Below are positions 37,401-50,052 of a DNA stretch of 64,000 bases, piece by piece. Within the stretch, counting starts at the first letter, position 1; each line of letters begins with the position of its first letter. Location: the NCBI GenBank assembly GCA_036630325.1, contig CP142734.1, forward strand, positions 186,001 through 250,000, written 5' to 3'. Source of the stretch: Vairimorpha necatrix. Taxonomy: Eukaryota. Made by a program: the position numbers and the translations under genes. The notes beneath the pieces are model-generated. The model ran no database searches. It was not told where the DNA came from and saw nothing but the letters and a program-made list of their open reading frames with translations.

Positions 37401-39129
37401 TTATTCAACACAGCATTTTTAATTTTGATATAATTAAATGATAGTTTACTAAATTTTCGAACATAAAATTTTTATTATTATTACTTTAGTAATGTCACTC
37501 TTATCAATATAATTCGAAATGAATGTAAAATAGAATATATATTTCTGTGTAAAATATAAAATTTTTAGAACTTCTATTGTAATATAACTTAAACTACATC
37601 CTTCATTGCATTATTTCACAACCATTTGATTTTGTTATATTATTTTTTGGTATAATTTATTGCACATCTCTTCTATTTTGTCACTTTTCCCAAAGAATTT
37701 TGTTGTTGTCTCATCTTTTATTTTAACGGTATACATAATCAAATTGCTCTTATTCATCTATTATTAAATTTTATTATATCTATCTTACAAGTTTCTATAA
37801 GTTTATATCATCAAGTTTGTTTATAAAGATATTTTTAGCTAGTTTTTTATAAAATATAAAAAACATTTTATTTACATTTTTACTAATATAAGGTTATTTA
37901 GTAGTTTAAATATAAATCAGCTATAATTCGATGTATAGATGTTGTTTTTATATCATTATCTCTTTTATTTTTTTTTTACAGCCCTAATTTGCTGGTACAT
38001 AGTTCGTTTTCTAAAAGATCTAAAGACTTCGTATAAATTTACTACGTTCGCAAAAAAAAAAACATGCCGCTGTTGTCATAATTAAAATCTAAAAAAAAAG
38101 TATAATATATGTATAAGCTTTGAGAAACGCAATAGATTTTTTTACATCATAGAACAAATTTCAAAATAACTAATAGCTCAAAATTATTTTGTTATTCTTA
38201 CTTGTGGTTTGATACAAGAATATGTTGTAATTTAAATGAAATTTACATATTTGCTATCGTAAAGATTGATTAAATTTTTTTATACGTTTATTCTGACACG
38301 GAATTTTTTAGTTTTCTTTATTTTTGTAACGAAAGATTCGATTTATTAACATTACTAATTTTAAATTAGATTTTCTTCTTTTAAATGAATTTACGTATGA
38401 TAAGTTGGTTATAAAAAGCAACATATCCTTTCGCTTCTAACATATATAATTAATACTTCTATGATATTTTTTATTGAAGATTTAAATCAAATAATACAGC
38501 ATTGTTCGATTAGCTCTGGTTTTTTACATATTCCTGTATGTAATGGTCATTGATAAGAAAGCGACCATAAAAAAAATTCGATAAAGACGAGTTTCACATT
38601 AAATTTACACATCACAAGATTATACGAAATTTGGTAATTTGTTCGTCAAAAAAAGATTATTTGATTAATAGATACAATCTTTCGTCTGTATCTTTATTAT
38701 TTTTACAGTAATTACCTCGTTCTTCAATAACATATAGAGTATTTAAATGGTGTTTCGTAACTTTTGTTTTATATATTCGTCTTCGAAGAAAAATGACACT
38801 TTATAAAAAAGATTAAGATTCAATATAAAAACATGTGCTCATTCAATTTATCATCATCATTTTCTAAATTTCAAATTAAGCAAAAGTCGCAATGTCCAAA
38901 ATAATCTATAATTATAAATGTCAGAAATATAAATTTATTTAATGTGATTTTGACTTACAAGTATCTTAAACAATAAATTATAACGCTAAGATAAATTTAT
39001 AATTATATAAATGAGGCCAATTTAACGGGCAATATAGATACTTTAAAAAAAATTTAATTATTTTAAAATATATATATTTTTACATAAATAAATCAACAGT
39101 ATAAAAAAAATTATATATTTTACAAAGTG

Positions 39130-39722
39130 ATCGTGCGGAAATAAGAGTAGACACGAGGATATTACCTAATCTAAAGTTGATCCATAAAAACCCAGATATT
39201 ATTATTTTAGACAAGAAGACGGAAATTTTAATAATTGAAGTTTTTATGACATTTAAGGACTTATTTACTTTAATCGAGAATAAAATAATAAAAAAATGAT
39301 TTTCAACTAAATTTTATAAGACTAACACAAAAATCACGTACAAGAATTATTCTTTTTACGTAATGAGATGCGATTTTACGAAACTTAATATCACAAAAAG
39401 TACTTCAGAGAGCTAGAAATCCAATCAACCCGCTAGGAATTCATTGAGTCTATTGTGCTGAAGAAGACTCTATAGTCCATCTTCTTGATACGACAACGAG
39501 GATACGATCAAGAGGAAGAAGTGGCTAGAGCTGTAAGCGCACTAGCAATTATGGCGACTTTTCAAGCAATGGTATCGTTTGAAGAGAATGAAGATAAAAA
39601 TTTTGTGGCTGAAAAACGCAAAATTTCATAGAAATCAGTTTGTAAAGAGTTGAATCGCAAGAGAGATAAAGAAATAAGAATGCTAAAAATATCTAGACTA
39701 AACAAAAAATCAAATCAATAAA
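39130..39722 (+). mobile_element. 3' relic of an RLE (R4/Dong-like) non-LTR retrotransposon
   Basis: DRAEIRVDTRI..KNPDIIILDK..ILIIEV (PD-(D/E)xK endonuclease); shares acgaggatacgatca and ctagagctgtaagcgcactagc with 58597-58658. Confidence 0.75.
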
Positions 39723-40218
39723 CTATAAATTTTTTATAATTGGCATAAAAACACGTAATGATAAAGATTTAGATAAAAAATAAATATATTATGTGAAATG
39801 TTTTGTTTCTATTGTTTTTAAAATTTTTAATGATTTAAGAATAATTGTATATTGCTCTTAGCATTCTTAGCAGACTATAACTTGCATTTATATACTAAAA
39901 TATTTTGAAATCGAAATTTGGATTTTTTGTACAAGTTGCTTCTATGAGACAATGAGTTATAATTTTCCTTTAAAATATACATATTAGCACTACAGCATGA
40001 AATGTTTGTTTCTAAACAAAAAAAAATAAAACTACTAAATCAATTACATATGACATAAAAATCGTTTGAGCTTACAATAAACACTTTATAAAAAAACATT
40101 TACACACGTTTAATGTCGAATATATAGAGGGCAATATAATAAAGTTTTATATGTTAAAGATCAATAAAACTTTGCTAATTCATCAAATTTAGATTTAAAA
40201 TACAGTAATTATTGTTTT

Positions 40219-40841
40219 GGTATATGACTGTTTGGAACCCGCATTGGGAAAATAAACCCGCTTTGAAAGTTTCAAAAAAAAGGAAAGAAAAAAAAAATAA
40301 AAAAAGAGAACAACGATTATTTTTAAATAATGAAAGAAGACGATTTTTCTGTTTTCTTTTGATAATATGGAAAGCATAGGAACTGTAAAAGTTGCTCATA
40401 TTGTTTGTTCTGGTTTATTCCATGTATAGAACGAATATTTTTTAGAAATGAGCCAAAATCAACTAAATTATTTAGTATTGTGTCTCAAAATCGCTAGGGG
40501 TTACAGCATTGATGGAGTGATTCATAGTACTGTGCTCCATCCCTTTGCTTGTCTAATAGCCTCACAAGATACTCATGGTTAGAGATCATAATAGAAACAG
40601 TTATAAGTTATCTTGTATTACCTCAAGGAAATCTTTATTTCTACTATCTACAGAAACGAGCAAAACGCACGCTGATTCAGCATCAAATCTTTCTAAAATA
40701 AACCTTTCTTGTGTTTCATGTATAGATTCATATCATCACTTATTAGCTCATCTGCCTCAACAAACGTTGTTTTTGCCAATTTTTACATTTTTTAAAGGAG
40801 TCCTTTAAAATTTCAAAGCGGGTTTCAAACGGTCATATGCA
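40219..40841 (-). mobile_element. Short Merlin/IS1016-like element with transposase remnant, copy 1
   Basis: TIRs ggtatatgactgtttggaacccgc / gcgggtttcaaacggtcatatgca; 8-bp TSD attgtttt (40211-40218, 40842-40849); reverse complement of 50053-50660; FVEADE on the minus strand. Confidence 0.8.
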
Positions 40842-41512
40842 ATTGTTTTTTACATAATCAACTCTTTTTGCGATATTAAGATTTAAGCAATTTATTCGCG
40901 CTAAATTAAAAGTAATTATCAATTTAATACAAAAATATAATCCAGTAATTTATGACGTTAATGATCAAGTATCATATAAAAAAGAATATCTAAATGGATT
41001 AGTCGAAAAACAACGTATTGATTTTGTTTTTTTATAAATCATACTCTATGATTAGATCACAAATAAATATAAATAAGCGTTCAGAATATTTTAAAAACAG
41101 TTTTTTCATGACATAAAATTTACATTCTATAAAATAAACGGTCTCTCAAGATTTTAATTAAAAGAAAATCCTTATACAATTTTATGTTTAATTTTGGTAA
41201 CTTATTAATGATTTTCATAGAATTATTTATCTTGCACATGTTTAACATATCAATAATAATATGACATATTAACTTGTTTAAATTAATGACCAATCGTTTT
41301 TTAGAGTTACATACTTTTCATATTTTAATACCATAATTTCTATGATTAATAATTAAATAAACCATAATTAATATTTATTATTATCATTATTATTTCCACA
41401 TAACAATGTTTTTAACCTTTTAAATATTCTTATGCTAGAACTTAGAATTCCATGTAGTAATTGAGATAAATCAAATTCTTTTTGGTGCTTCGACAGTGAT
41501 GATGATAATTTA

Positions 41513-42193
41513 TCAACGATTCCTGATTCTTTTTTTTGAAAAACAATTAGTTAAATAATCGTCATTTCCTTTATTTAAATGAAGTTTCAAATTTTTACTA
41601 AGGTTATTATAATTAGAATATGAAATATCCATAACAATTTTTTCATGTATAAAAAATAAAGGGCGTTTGAATACTTCGACTTTATATGGAAGATTAGCGC
41701 CATTAAATTCTTGTAATAATTCATAAGCATTCTCACACTTAATATGAACAGTATATTTATGTTCCCAGGTTCCTATAAGCTTTTTTTTTGTTAATATGCA
41801 ATATAATGATCCATATATCTGTAACATTTTTTATTTTAAATTTTATACTATGATATTCAACGCAATCAAGGAACATTTGTCGTTCAAATTTATTTTCCCA
41901 ACCCTTTTTGATTTTTTCAAGTTCTTCATTATCTCTTTTATCAAACTGTTTTGAAGCATGAGCGTTCTTGATCATATCTTGATAAATTCTTGACAGTCTT
42001 CGAGTTTGTTGTCAAGTATTGAAAAGAATTTTATATCATCAGTGAAAAATATTTTATGTTCATATAATAAACATATTTCTGCATTAAATCCATAATATAG
42101 ATTCAAAAAATCCTTTTCATCTTTATTATAATAAAAATGTGACATCATGGAGGAATGTACAAAAAACGCACATAATAATGTTTTCCAAATTAT
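41513..42193 (-). pseudogene. Divergent, broken member of the secreted protein family
   Basis: CCC-tt-ATA-IWKTLLCAFFVHSS..FLNLYYGF..YEHKIFF, then DKRDNEELEKI..FLDCVEYHSIKF and GTWEH; these parallel the family motifs over three frames. 3' end uncertain. Confidence 0.6.
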
Positions 42194-42913
42194 AAGGGAT
42201 GAATCCAAATAAACTTTAATGGATATTAATAAAAGTGTAACGTACAGGTCATTAACAATGTTCATATTTTTTATAAGATTTTAGAAATTAAAAACATATA
42301 CAAATCTTTTTAATACATCAAAGTTTCAATAAATCAACAAATATCATATGTATAATTTTGTAAAAATAGTTTAATACAATCAGATAAATAAACTTATGGT
42401 TTTAAAATACACATGTCTTTTCAAATTGTTTACATGATATCAAATTTAATTTTCTGTATTCAGAAAAAAGCAATTTTAAATTTGAATCAAATTATAACAA
42501 TGATTTCATTTTCATTGATAAAGCGATAAAATCCGTCAGTGAATATCAACAGATTTAATTATTTTTCCGAATTAAAAACAAATTTTTTATTATTAGAACA
42601 TATTGTATAAAATGTGAGTCATTTCATATTAAATATACGATCAAACATTTTAAGATGTTTTAAAATAAAAGAATGACATACAAATTAGCTAACTAAATAA
42701 TTGTGTACTAATTTTATGAAGACTCAATGATAATTATTCTTAGTTAATATTTGATTTTGACAAGACTATTTTATTATATAAAAAAAGGTTTTGTATATTA
42801 TTGATAGATAATAAGTTGTAGATTTCAGAACTTAATTTTTAAGAGATAAGCACACTTTAAAATTTTTCTTAGGTTTTTTGTCATTTTTCTCGAAACCGAA
42901 ACATAATATCAAT

Positions 42914-43037
42914 TGTCGTAGCCGATCAAATACTGACCAATCATATTCGTAAAAATTGACAGATTTGATTGGCTACAAAAAGTATTCAAAAACATTCTTA
43001 AAAGAGGAGGTGGAAAATAAGAATAAAGTTATTGACA
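42914..43037 (+). repeat. 5' LTR of Gypsy 2
   Basis: tgtcgtagccgatc...aataaagttattgaca; repeated at 46996. Confidence 0.9.
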
Positions 43038-46000
43038 TGGCGACAATAATAAAAAATGTCATATATTACACAGAGGAGACCGGGGAGGACATTAGCACTT
43101 GGTTAGGAGACATCATGCTGCTAGGTGAAGTATCCAGCTGGACCGAAAAGCAGTACAAAATAGCCATCATTAGTAAACTTAAAGGGAAGGCTTTATCGGG
43201 GTCTTCACAAACTTTAGGAGGGAAAACAGAATTATTGAAGGTGGAAGAGAAAATTACTGGTTTGAAGAAGGGATTTGGCTCAGGAGTAATGACATAACTA
43301 TAACCGGATTCTTAGCATTAACAGTCCAGAGACTAGAAAATATTATTCACAGATGTTGCAGGAAGCAACAGTGATCTTTGAGTGGCGCTTATCAACCTTG
43401 ATGCGTTATGCCAAATGATTATCAATAAATCGCCTATAGAAACAATAACTCTATTATATCAGACCGCCACTAAAGTTCGGACTTGGCAGGAATTCATACA
43501 GAAAGCCGAAAAAATATCTTGGATTCAATATCCGGATAAGATGCTAGCTAGGACCGAGATTCACAGCAACATCGGCAAAGGGCCCTACATTACAAATAGT
43601 CACGAGAGAAGATGCAAAGAAAACAAAACTTATGAAAAATTATCGAGATATAACAATAAACATTGCACACTTCATGGAGAATGCAATCACTACTCAAGGG
43701 ATTCCAAAGTGCTAACCAATATCCTCCAAAGGGAGAGAAACAATTTAAAAGAAAAGGTATTAACGCGCTAGATGATTATAAAGGCGAAGAAAAAACGACT
43801 ATAAATACAGAAAAAAAAATTTACTTGCACCGTTTAAAAAATAATTCTAATTCGTTTTTTGTTCAAAGCCGTATGTTTATTAAAAATATAAAAGCTTTAT
43901 TGGATAATGGTGCCGATGTTTCTGTTTTAGATTACATGAAATCCCACTGGAAGAACGGGATAAGATCATAAAATATAATGGGGTAGTAAGAGGTATAGGT
44001 GAAGAAATTTCAAAAGTAGAAGGATACTTAAAAGACTGTACAATCGAAATTAACGGTAAACGTGTGAACTTCTCTCCCCTAATAATTAAAGACACTAAGT
44101 ACACTATAGTAGGAGCAAACGTAATACGTAAGAACCGAAAACTAATTCTAGACATTTTAAACCTCCTAAATTGTAGAATAAATCAAATATCTATTTTATT
44201 AAACATTCAGACGAAAATAGAATCCTAAAAAAATTCGAATACGTATTGTAACCCGGAATAGGAGATTATAATATTTGCATTGCGGGAAAACATCTAATAA
44301 TGACAAACAATACTAAGATCATTTGTCAAAGAAATGGAAGAATCCCAATAGCACAAGAGGAAGCTGTAAACGACGAAATAAGCAAACTATTAAAGCTTGA
44401 CATACTAAGGGAAAGCAGGAGTCCTTGGTGCAGTAGAATACTTATGGTACCAAAACTAGATAAGACGTGGAGAATGTGCGTCGACTATAGAGGGCTAAAC
44501 AGTATAACCATAAAGGATGCATATATGACTCCAAGAATAGACGAAATATTTGACAGTTTATCAAATGCGACTATTTTTACAATATTGGACGCTACGAGCG
44601 GGTTTCACCAAATACCCTTACAAGAAGAAGATATAGAAAAAACAGCATTCTCATATAGGCGACGACTATACGAATTCAATCGTATGCTTTTCGGTCTTTG
44701 CAACGCCCCGGCAACTTTTCAAAGAGCAATGGACAATTTGTTTAGAAAAGAAAACCACAATTTCGTGATACCATATTTAGACGACATAATAGTATATTCA
44801 AAAAATAAAGAAGATCATATGAAACACGTGAAGATAGTACTAGGAAAAATTAGAGCCGCGAATCTATCGCTGAATAAAAATAAGTGTAAGTTTTTTAGAT
44901 CCGAAATAAAGATTTTGGGAAATGTAATAGGACACGGAATTATAAAGATAGATGAAACGCGTATCAAAGATATACAGGCATATCCGATTCCTTCTACTAT
45001 AAAGGAATTGAGAAGTTTTTTAGGAATAGCAAATTATTGTAGAGATTTTGTGAAAAAAATGGCGGAAATCACGGGTCCTTTGTATGACATACTCAAAGGC
45101 GAAAAGCAGACGTCGAATAAAAAGATAACCCTTACTGATGAGCAACTAGATACATTTAAAATTGTAAAAAAAGTATTAAGCCAGAATACCATATGTACTC
45201 AGCCAAATTTCCATGCTCCCTTTATATTATTGACAGACGCGTCTGAAACGGGGATTGGAGCAGTACTTTTACAAAAGAATAAAGAAAGAAATGAAAAGAT
45301 GATAGCTGCATTCAGCAAGAGACTGGATAATTGCCAAAAGATTTATTCAGAAACCGATATAGAACTTCTTGGTTTAGTAAAGGCATAGAACATTTGAGGC
45401 ATTATCTTTTGGGAAATAAGTTTACACTAAGTCTTATCATCAAGCTTTGATCCACCTATGGACAGTAAAGGATCCGACAAGTAGGATTCTCAGGTAGGCT
45501 CTTAAACTAGCAGAGTACAACTTTGAACTTGAATATATAAAAGGAGAACATAACATAGCGGATGGTTTTATGTGAACCCATCAAGAAAATAAAACGTGCA
45601 TCATCGAGGTACACCAGTTAGCGAATAATACCAAAAATATACTGTGACACTGGCTGCCTCCCTGGCTGCTCGGTGTGTCTAAATATAAGTTTTTGTTAAA
45701 CTGTTTATTGGTTTTATATTCTCTCATGACTCGGTGAAGGGCTGAAAATTAGTCCTTTTATGTTTAATTTTTAATTAATGTCAAAGTTGTCAAGAATAGG
45801 AGGGGAAAGTATTTTATAAGGAGACTTTTCATATTATGCATTTTAGATAAAAACATACACTTTCTGGTTCGTCTTTTGTTTGGCGACGACGACGTATTTG
45901 TTTACGCCTCTGACTCGGCTGTAATTGAGATTTGACAGCCGAGCGATTTTAATTTATAAGTTTGTTTTGATTACGAGAGCCTCAGGAAGGTTGTCGTGTG

Positions 46001-46990
46001 ACATATACTATAAGAGTACCACAAGATTTCACGATTTGTATCGTCAAATACCATGAAATTTATGATCTCACATACTCATAATTGGAAAACATGCACCGAG
46101 ATATATCACAATTCGTAAGAAATTGTGAAACATGTTTACGCTCTGGATATAAAAGCGTGAAAACGAAAAAAAAAGTAATACTCTTTTTTAGGCCTAACCA
46201 GCTTTGGGAATTCGATCTTTTAGGTAGACTCTCTGACAGCAGTGGAAGTGAATATATATTTGTTTCATCCGATCATTACTCTAAGTGAACAGAGACCAAG
46301 ATTTTACGAAGTAAAAACGGATCTGAAATATATAATTTGTTCGGCGAACTAATCATTAGTAAACACAAGATACCTGAGAGAGTCCCGATAGATAACCGGT
46401 TAAAGTTTGACAATTCAGAACTACAATCACTAGCGAATAAATATAATATATCATGGGAATTTAGTTCCCCATACCATCATCAAACCACAGGCGCCGTCGA
46501 AAGGGTCATACAGACATTAGCGAACAAAATAAGAAAATTATCGAATTATGGCAAACTTAGCTGGAGAAAGGTCGTCAAAGAAGCCACCTTGGCAGTTAAT
46601 TTATCTTTTAATCGATCAATAGGAACTTCTCCGTATATATTAAGATTCGGTCAGCAAATAAAAACAGCTGTAGACGAGAAAATGGGCGTTACTCCTAAGA
46701 CCTATACTAGGCAAGATTTATTACGAAAACGAGACCTAAACTTCAAAAAATACAGTAAGGCTATCGTCAAAGGGAAAATAGAGATAAAAGAAAAGCTTAA
46801 GGTTGGCGAAAATGTTTTAATATATAGAGATTATCCAGGGGGTGGTAAATTGGAAGCTAAATGGATACCAGGCTACATCATAATCAAAATTTTAAGCGAA
46901 GATGCAATTCTAGTAAAACGAACAAATACTTTGGGGGAACTGAGAGTCAATAAAAGTCATATTAAAAAGGATACGTCAAAGACTAATTGA
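43037..46990 (+). pseudogene. Gypsy 2 gag-pol (gag, protease, RT, RNase H, integrase)
   Basis: gag MATIIK..GEDISTWL, knuckle CTLHGECNH; protease ALLDNGADVS; RT RMCVDYRGLN, FGLCNAPATFQ, YLDD; RNase H TDASETGIGAVL; integrase CETC, WEFDL, QTTGAVER. Many stops and frameshifts. Confidence 0.95.
45643..46003. mobile_element. Solo LTR (361 bp) nested in Gypsy 2 pol
   Basis: tgtgacac...gtgtgaca termini; perfect 5-bp TSD tatac (45638-45642, 46004-46008); interrupts the RNaseH-integrase linker; related to 3466-3800. Confidence 0.85.
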
Positions 46991-46995
46991 GGGGG

Positions 46996-47122
46996 TGTCG
47001 TAGCCGATCAAATACTGACCAATCATATTCGTACAAATGGACAGATTTGATTGGCTACAAAAAGTATTTAAAAACATTAAGAAAAGAGGGCATGGAAAAT
47101 TCTAATAAAGTTATTGACAACA
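46996..47122 (+). repeat. 3' LTR of Gypsy 2
   Basis: Follows the PPT; matches 42914-43037; ends ttgacaaca before the TSD. Confidence 0.9.
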
Positions 47123-47407
47123 TCAATATAAAAATATCATCATATATTTTATTATGAAAGTTTTTATATCATTTAAAATGATTTTTCTACATAAAGTTTT
47201 CTCTAACTCAAAGCGTACTTTAAATAATAAATGTACAGTTTATTTGGGTTTAATTTTTAAAATGTAAGAAAATAAAAATTTCGTAAATTCATTGTTAAAT
47301 TTATGTATTATATAACAAATTACATGTTCATATCATAAATTACTAATATTTAAGGAGATATTCCTTTTTTCCTTTAAAATATAAATGCGAAATTAAACTC
47401 TGTAAAT

Positions 47408-48292
47408 ATGTCAGTAAGAAATGATAAATCAAATCAATTAAAACCAACGATATCAACAAAAAAAGAAAAAAATGGAGATAAAAATTCAGGTACTAATTAT
47501 AAAAAAATTTCATTTCATCTACGAACTTATTCTAGTTTCAAAAGAAAAAATTATTCGGAACCTAGTAAAAAATTAGATGTTACGTATAAACTGGTCATGA
47601 AAATGAACGAAAAAAAAATTACTGCAAAAAATTATAAAGATAAAGACAAATATGACATGTATAAAGATAGTACTTTTCGTAGTTCTAAGAAGAATAATGA
47701 AAAGTTGGCTAATAAATATTTAAGTTAATGTGCCAAAAATGAAGTCATCTCAGCAATACAAGAAAAAAAAATAAGGTTCAATATTTATTAGAAGCTGACT
47801 TAATGATGATGATTATCAGAAAACGAAGCCCAATAAAAAATTAAAACTTAGCTTCGAAATCAAATGTCAAATAACCAAAAAATCTAAAGATTAGGATCAA
47901 AAGAATACAAGAAAACATTTTAGATTCTCAAAGTGGAAATTTGGTGATTAGAATCACAGTATTTACACCTAAAAATAATTAAACACAAAAAAAAATAAAA
48001 AATTAATCAAAAAAGTGAACAATTCTGTATTTAATATAGTTATTAAAAGATATAATTTTTATGACGATGAACTTTTCCTATACTATTGAAAGACAATAAA
48101 ACGATCTATTGCTGTCCTAAAAACAATTGTAAAACTATGTTTGATAAATTTCATCTTATCAAAAAGCATGCCATTACGCACTCAGACTTTGAATTAATTA
48201 ACTGTAAAAACAAGCATGCAATGTGAAGTTTAAAGACAAAATAATATAATGAGACATTGTAAGCATCTTTGCAAATTTAAAAAAAAAAATAA
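47408..48292 (+). pseudogene. Decayed paralog of the C2H2 zinc-finger gene at 33255
   Basis: DKNSGTN vs DKNTGTN; NNEKLANKYLS*CAKNEV vs NDEKLPIDYLIECAKQEV; QYLLEA shared; finger IYCCPKNNCKTMFDKFHLIKKHAITH at ~48100-48180; similar upstream sequence. Confidence 0.8.
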
Positions 48293-50052
48293 CATTTTTA
48301 AATAGATTCTACATAAATAATAAAATATTTTTTATAATGTACTTTTATTTATCTTAAATTTAATGATTTGATATACATAACAGTTGTGTCTCGAATTAGG
48401 AAAATTTTTATACTACAGTAATTATAATGTTGGATATGAATCCTAGAATAAAAATTTCTTATATTTTATGTAATAACATATTTCACGATAGTTTATAAGA
48501 TAAAACATAAATAATTGGTGTTTCTTTGTTTTTTTGTTGTTAATCTATATTTTTTTCTAACAATTTGAATGCTAGAATTTTTAATAACACAATATAAAAT
48601 AGATTTTTTTGCAGATTTATTCTATATTTTTTTTGTATATAATAGAATTAGTTTTCAAACAGTTATGGTTTTACTTTTTCTTAGATTTAAAGGTTGTAAT
48701 AATTTATCATGTCTATATACTCTCTTATAAATTCAAACAGCAGATCTACATGCAAACATCTTTACTCTATTCAAATTTTTTTAGTACAATATTACAATGG
48801 CTGTTCGTCGAAATTTATCTTTTGAATAAAAATAAGTGTTTTAGCTAGAATAGTATAGTTGATCTATATCTCATACCCAACAAAAACGTAATTAGTTTGT
48901 ATTAAACTTTTCTTATATTTGTGCATCATATGAATCTAATATTTTACATTCTCATTACACGAAATCATGAGGCAGAAACGAAACAAAAACTACATGTAAC
49001 TTTCAAATACTTAAATTTAATAAATGAAATAAGTTTTATACTCTAACATTGAAGTTCATTCTTTTTTTTAAACCAAAAATAATAAGTACGGATATATACT
49101 TATAATTAAGTCTTTTATAACCATTATATCATGTTTTTTTTATTTTCAACTATTAGGAAAAAAAATTACGTCTAATTCTTGTTAAATCATGTAAAATTAA
49201 AGCAACATATCAATTGCCGCTAAAGTTTTGTTCTTTTGTCAATTGAAGCTTAAATTTTTTTTTATATATTTAAAATGATATTTCTGTTGTAGAGTATTTA
49301 TACTATCTAAATTCAATTTAGCACATGCACGCTGTATAAAACTATATCTACCAGGAATTACACTATTAGATGTAAATAATGTTCTAAGCATTTGGAGAAA
49401 AAACAACACACAAAATATCGACTTGTTATTCGATCTTACATAAAAAAGGTTATAATTTAGTTAAAACTGTCGGATATAAAAATTAAAGTCATTCATACCT
49501 TTAATAACCTTCCTATAAAATTTTAAGGGGCTATGGGAGATTTTCTGATGATATATACAAATATATTACAGCTGTTCCTACAAATTTTTTTTATTAGTTG
49601 TAAAAAACAAATTTACAACACACTTTTGTTCGCTTTTTATAGACATCAAAAAATAATTTTGTTTTACCAATAAAACAATATACATTGGTGTTTATACCAT
49701 TCTTTAAAAGCAACAATATAAAATTTTAATTGATTAAATTACAGGATTTATATTCTCAATTTAAAAATTAAATCTAGACTAAACATGGTTTTTATGAATA
49801 AATAAGACCTTTTTTGAAAAATCGTAACGAATACAAAAAAGACTACAAAAATTGTAAATAACCCCTTTAAATATCATTAAAATATTAACAATCAAAAAAT
49901 AAATATAAATAAATAAAGATGCATAAAAAGACAATATAAAGTCTTTCTGCAAAATCAATTTTCAATTTTTAATGAAACAAATCTAAAAATTAGTTTATCA
50001 CGAACTAAAGAACTAATAAATTTAAATTATAGACTTTAACTTGTCAAGTTTA

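Larger units (their letters stand above)
42914..47122 (+). mobile_element. Ty3/Gypsy LTR retrotransposon 2 (decayed, full length)
   Basis: ~124-127-bp LTRs; 5-bp TSD tcaat (42909-42913, 47123-47127); PBS tggcgacaat; PPT gaggggg (46989-46995); gag-PR-RT-RH-IN order. Confidence 0.95.

Noticed and set aside
38490..38600. Possible piggyBac transposase remnant on the minus strand (VAFLS...KKPELIE)
   Set aside because: Too short and lacking the following YN..GGVD motif; no TIR or TTAA boundaries found.
1542..48292. Stop-codon reassignment or programmed frameshifting to explain the many interrupted ORFs
   Set aside because: Intact genes end in TAA/TAG, internal stops are of all three types and co-occur with indels, and the paralog has AAA where the 7424 stop lies. 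Ordinary decay explains this, though some homopolymer frameshifts could be sequencing errors.
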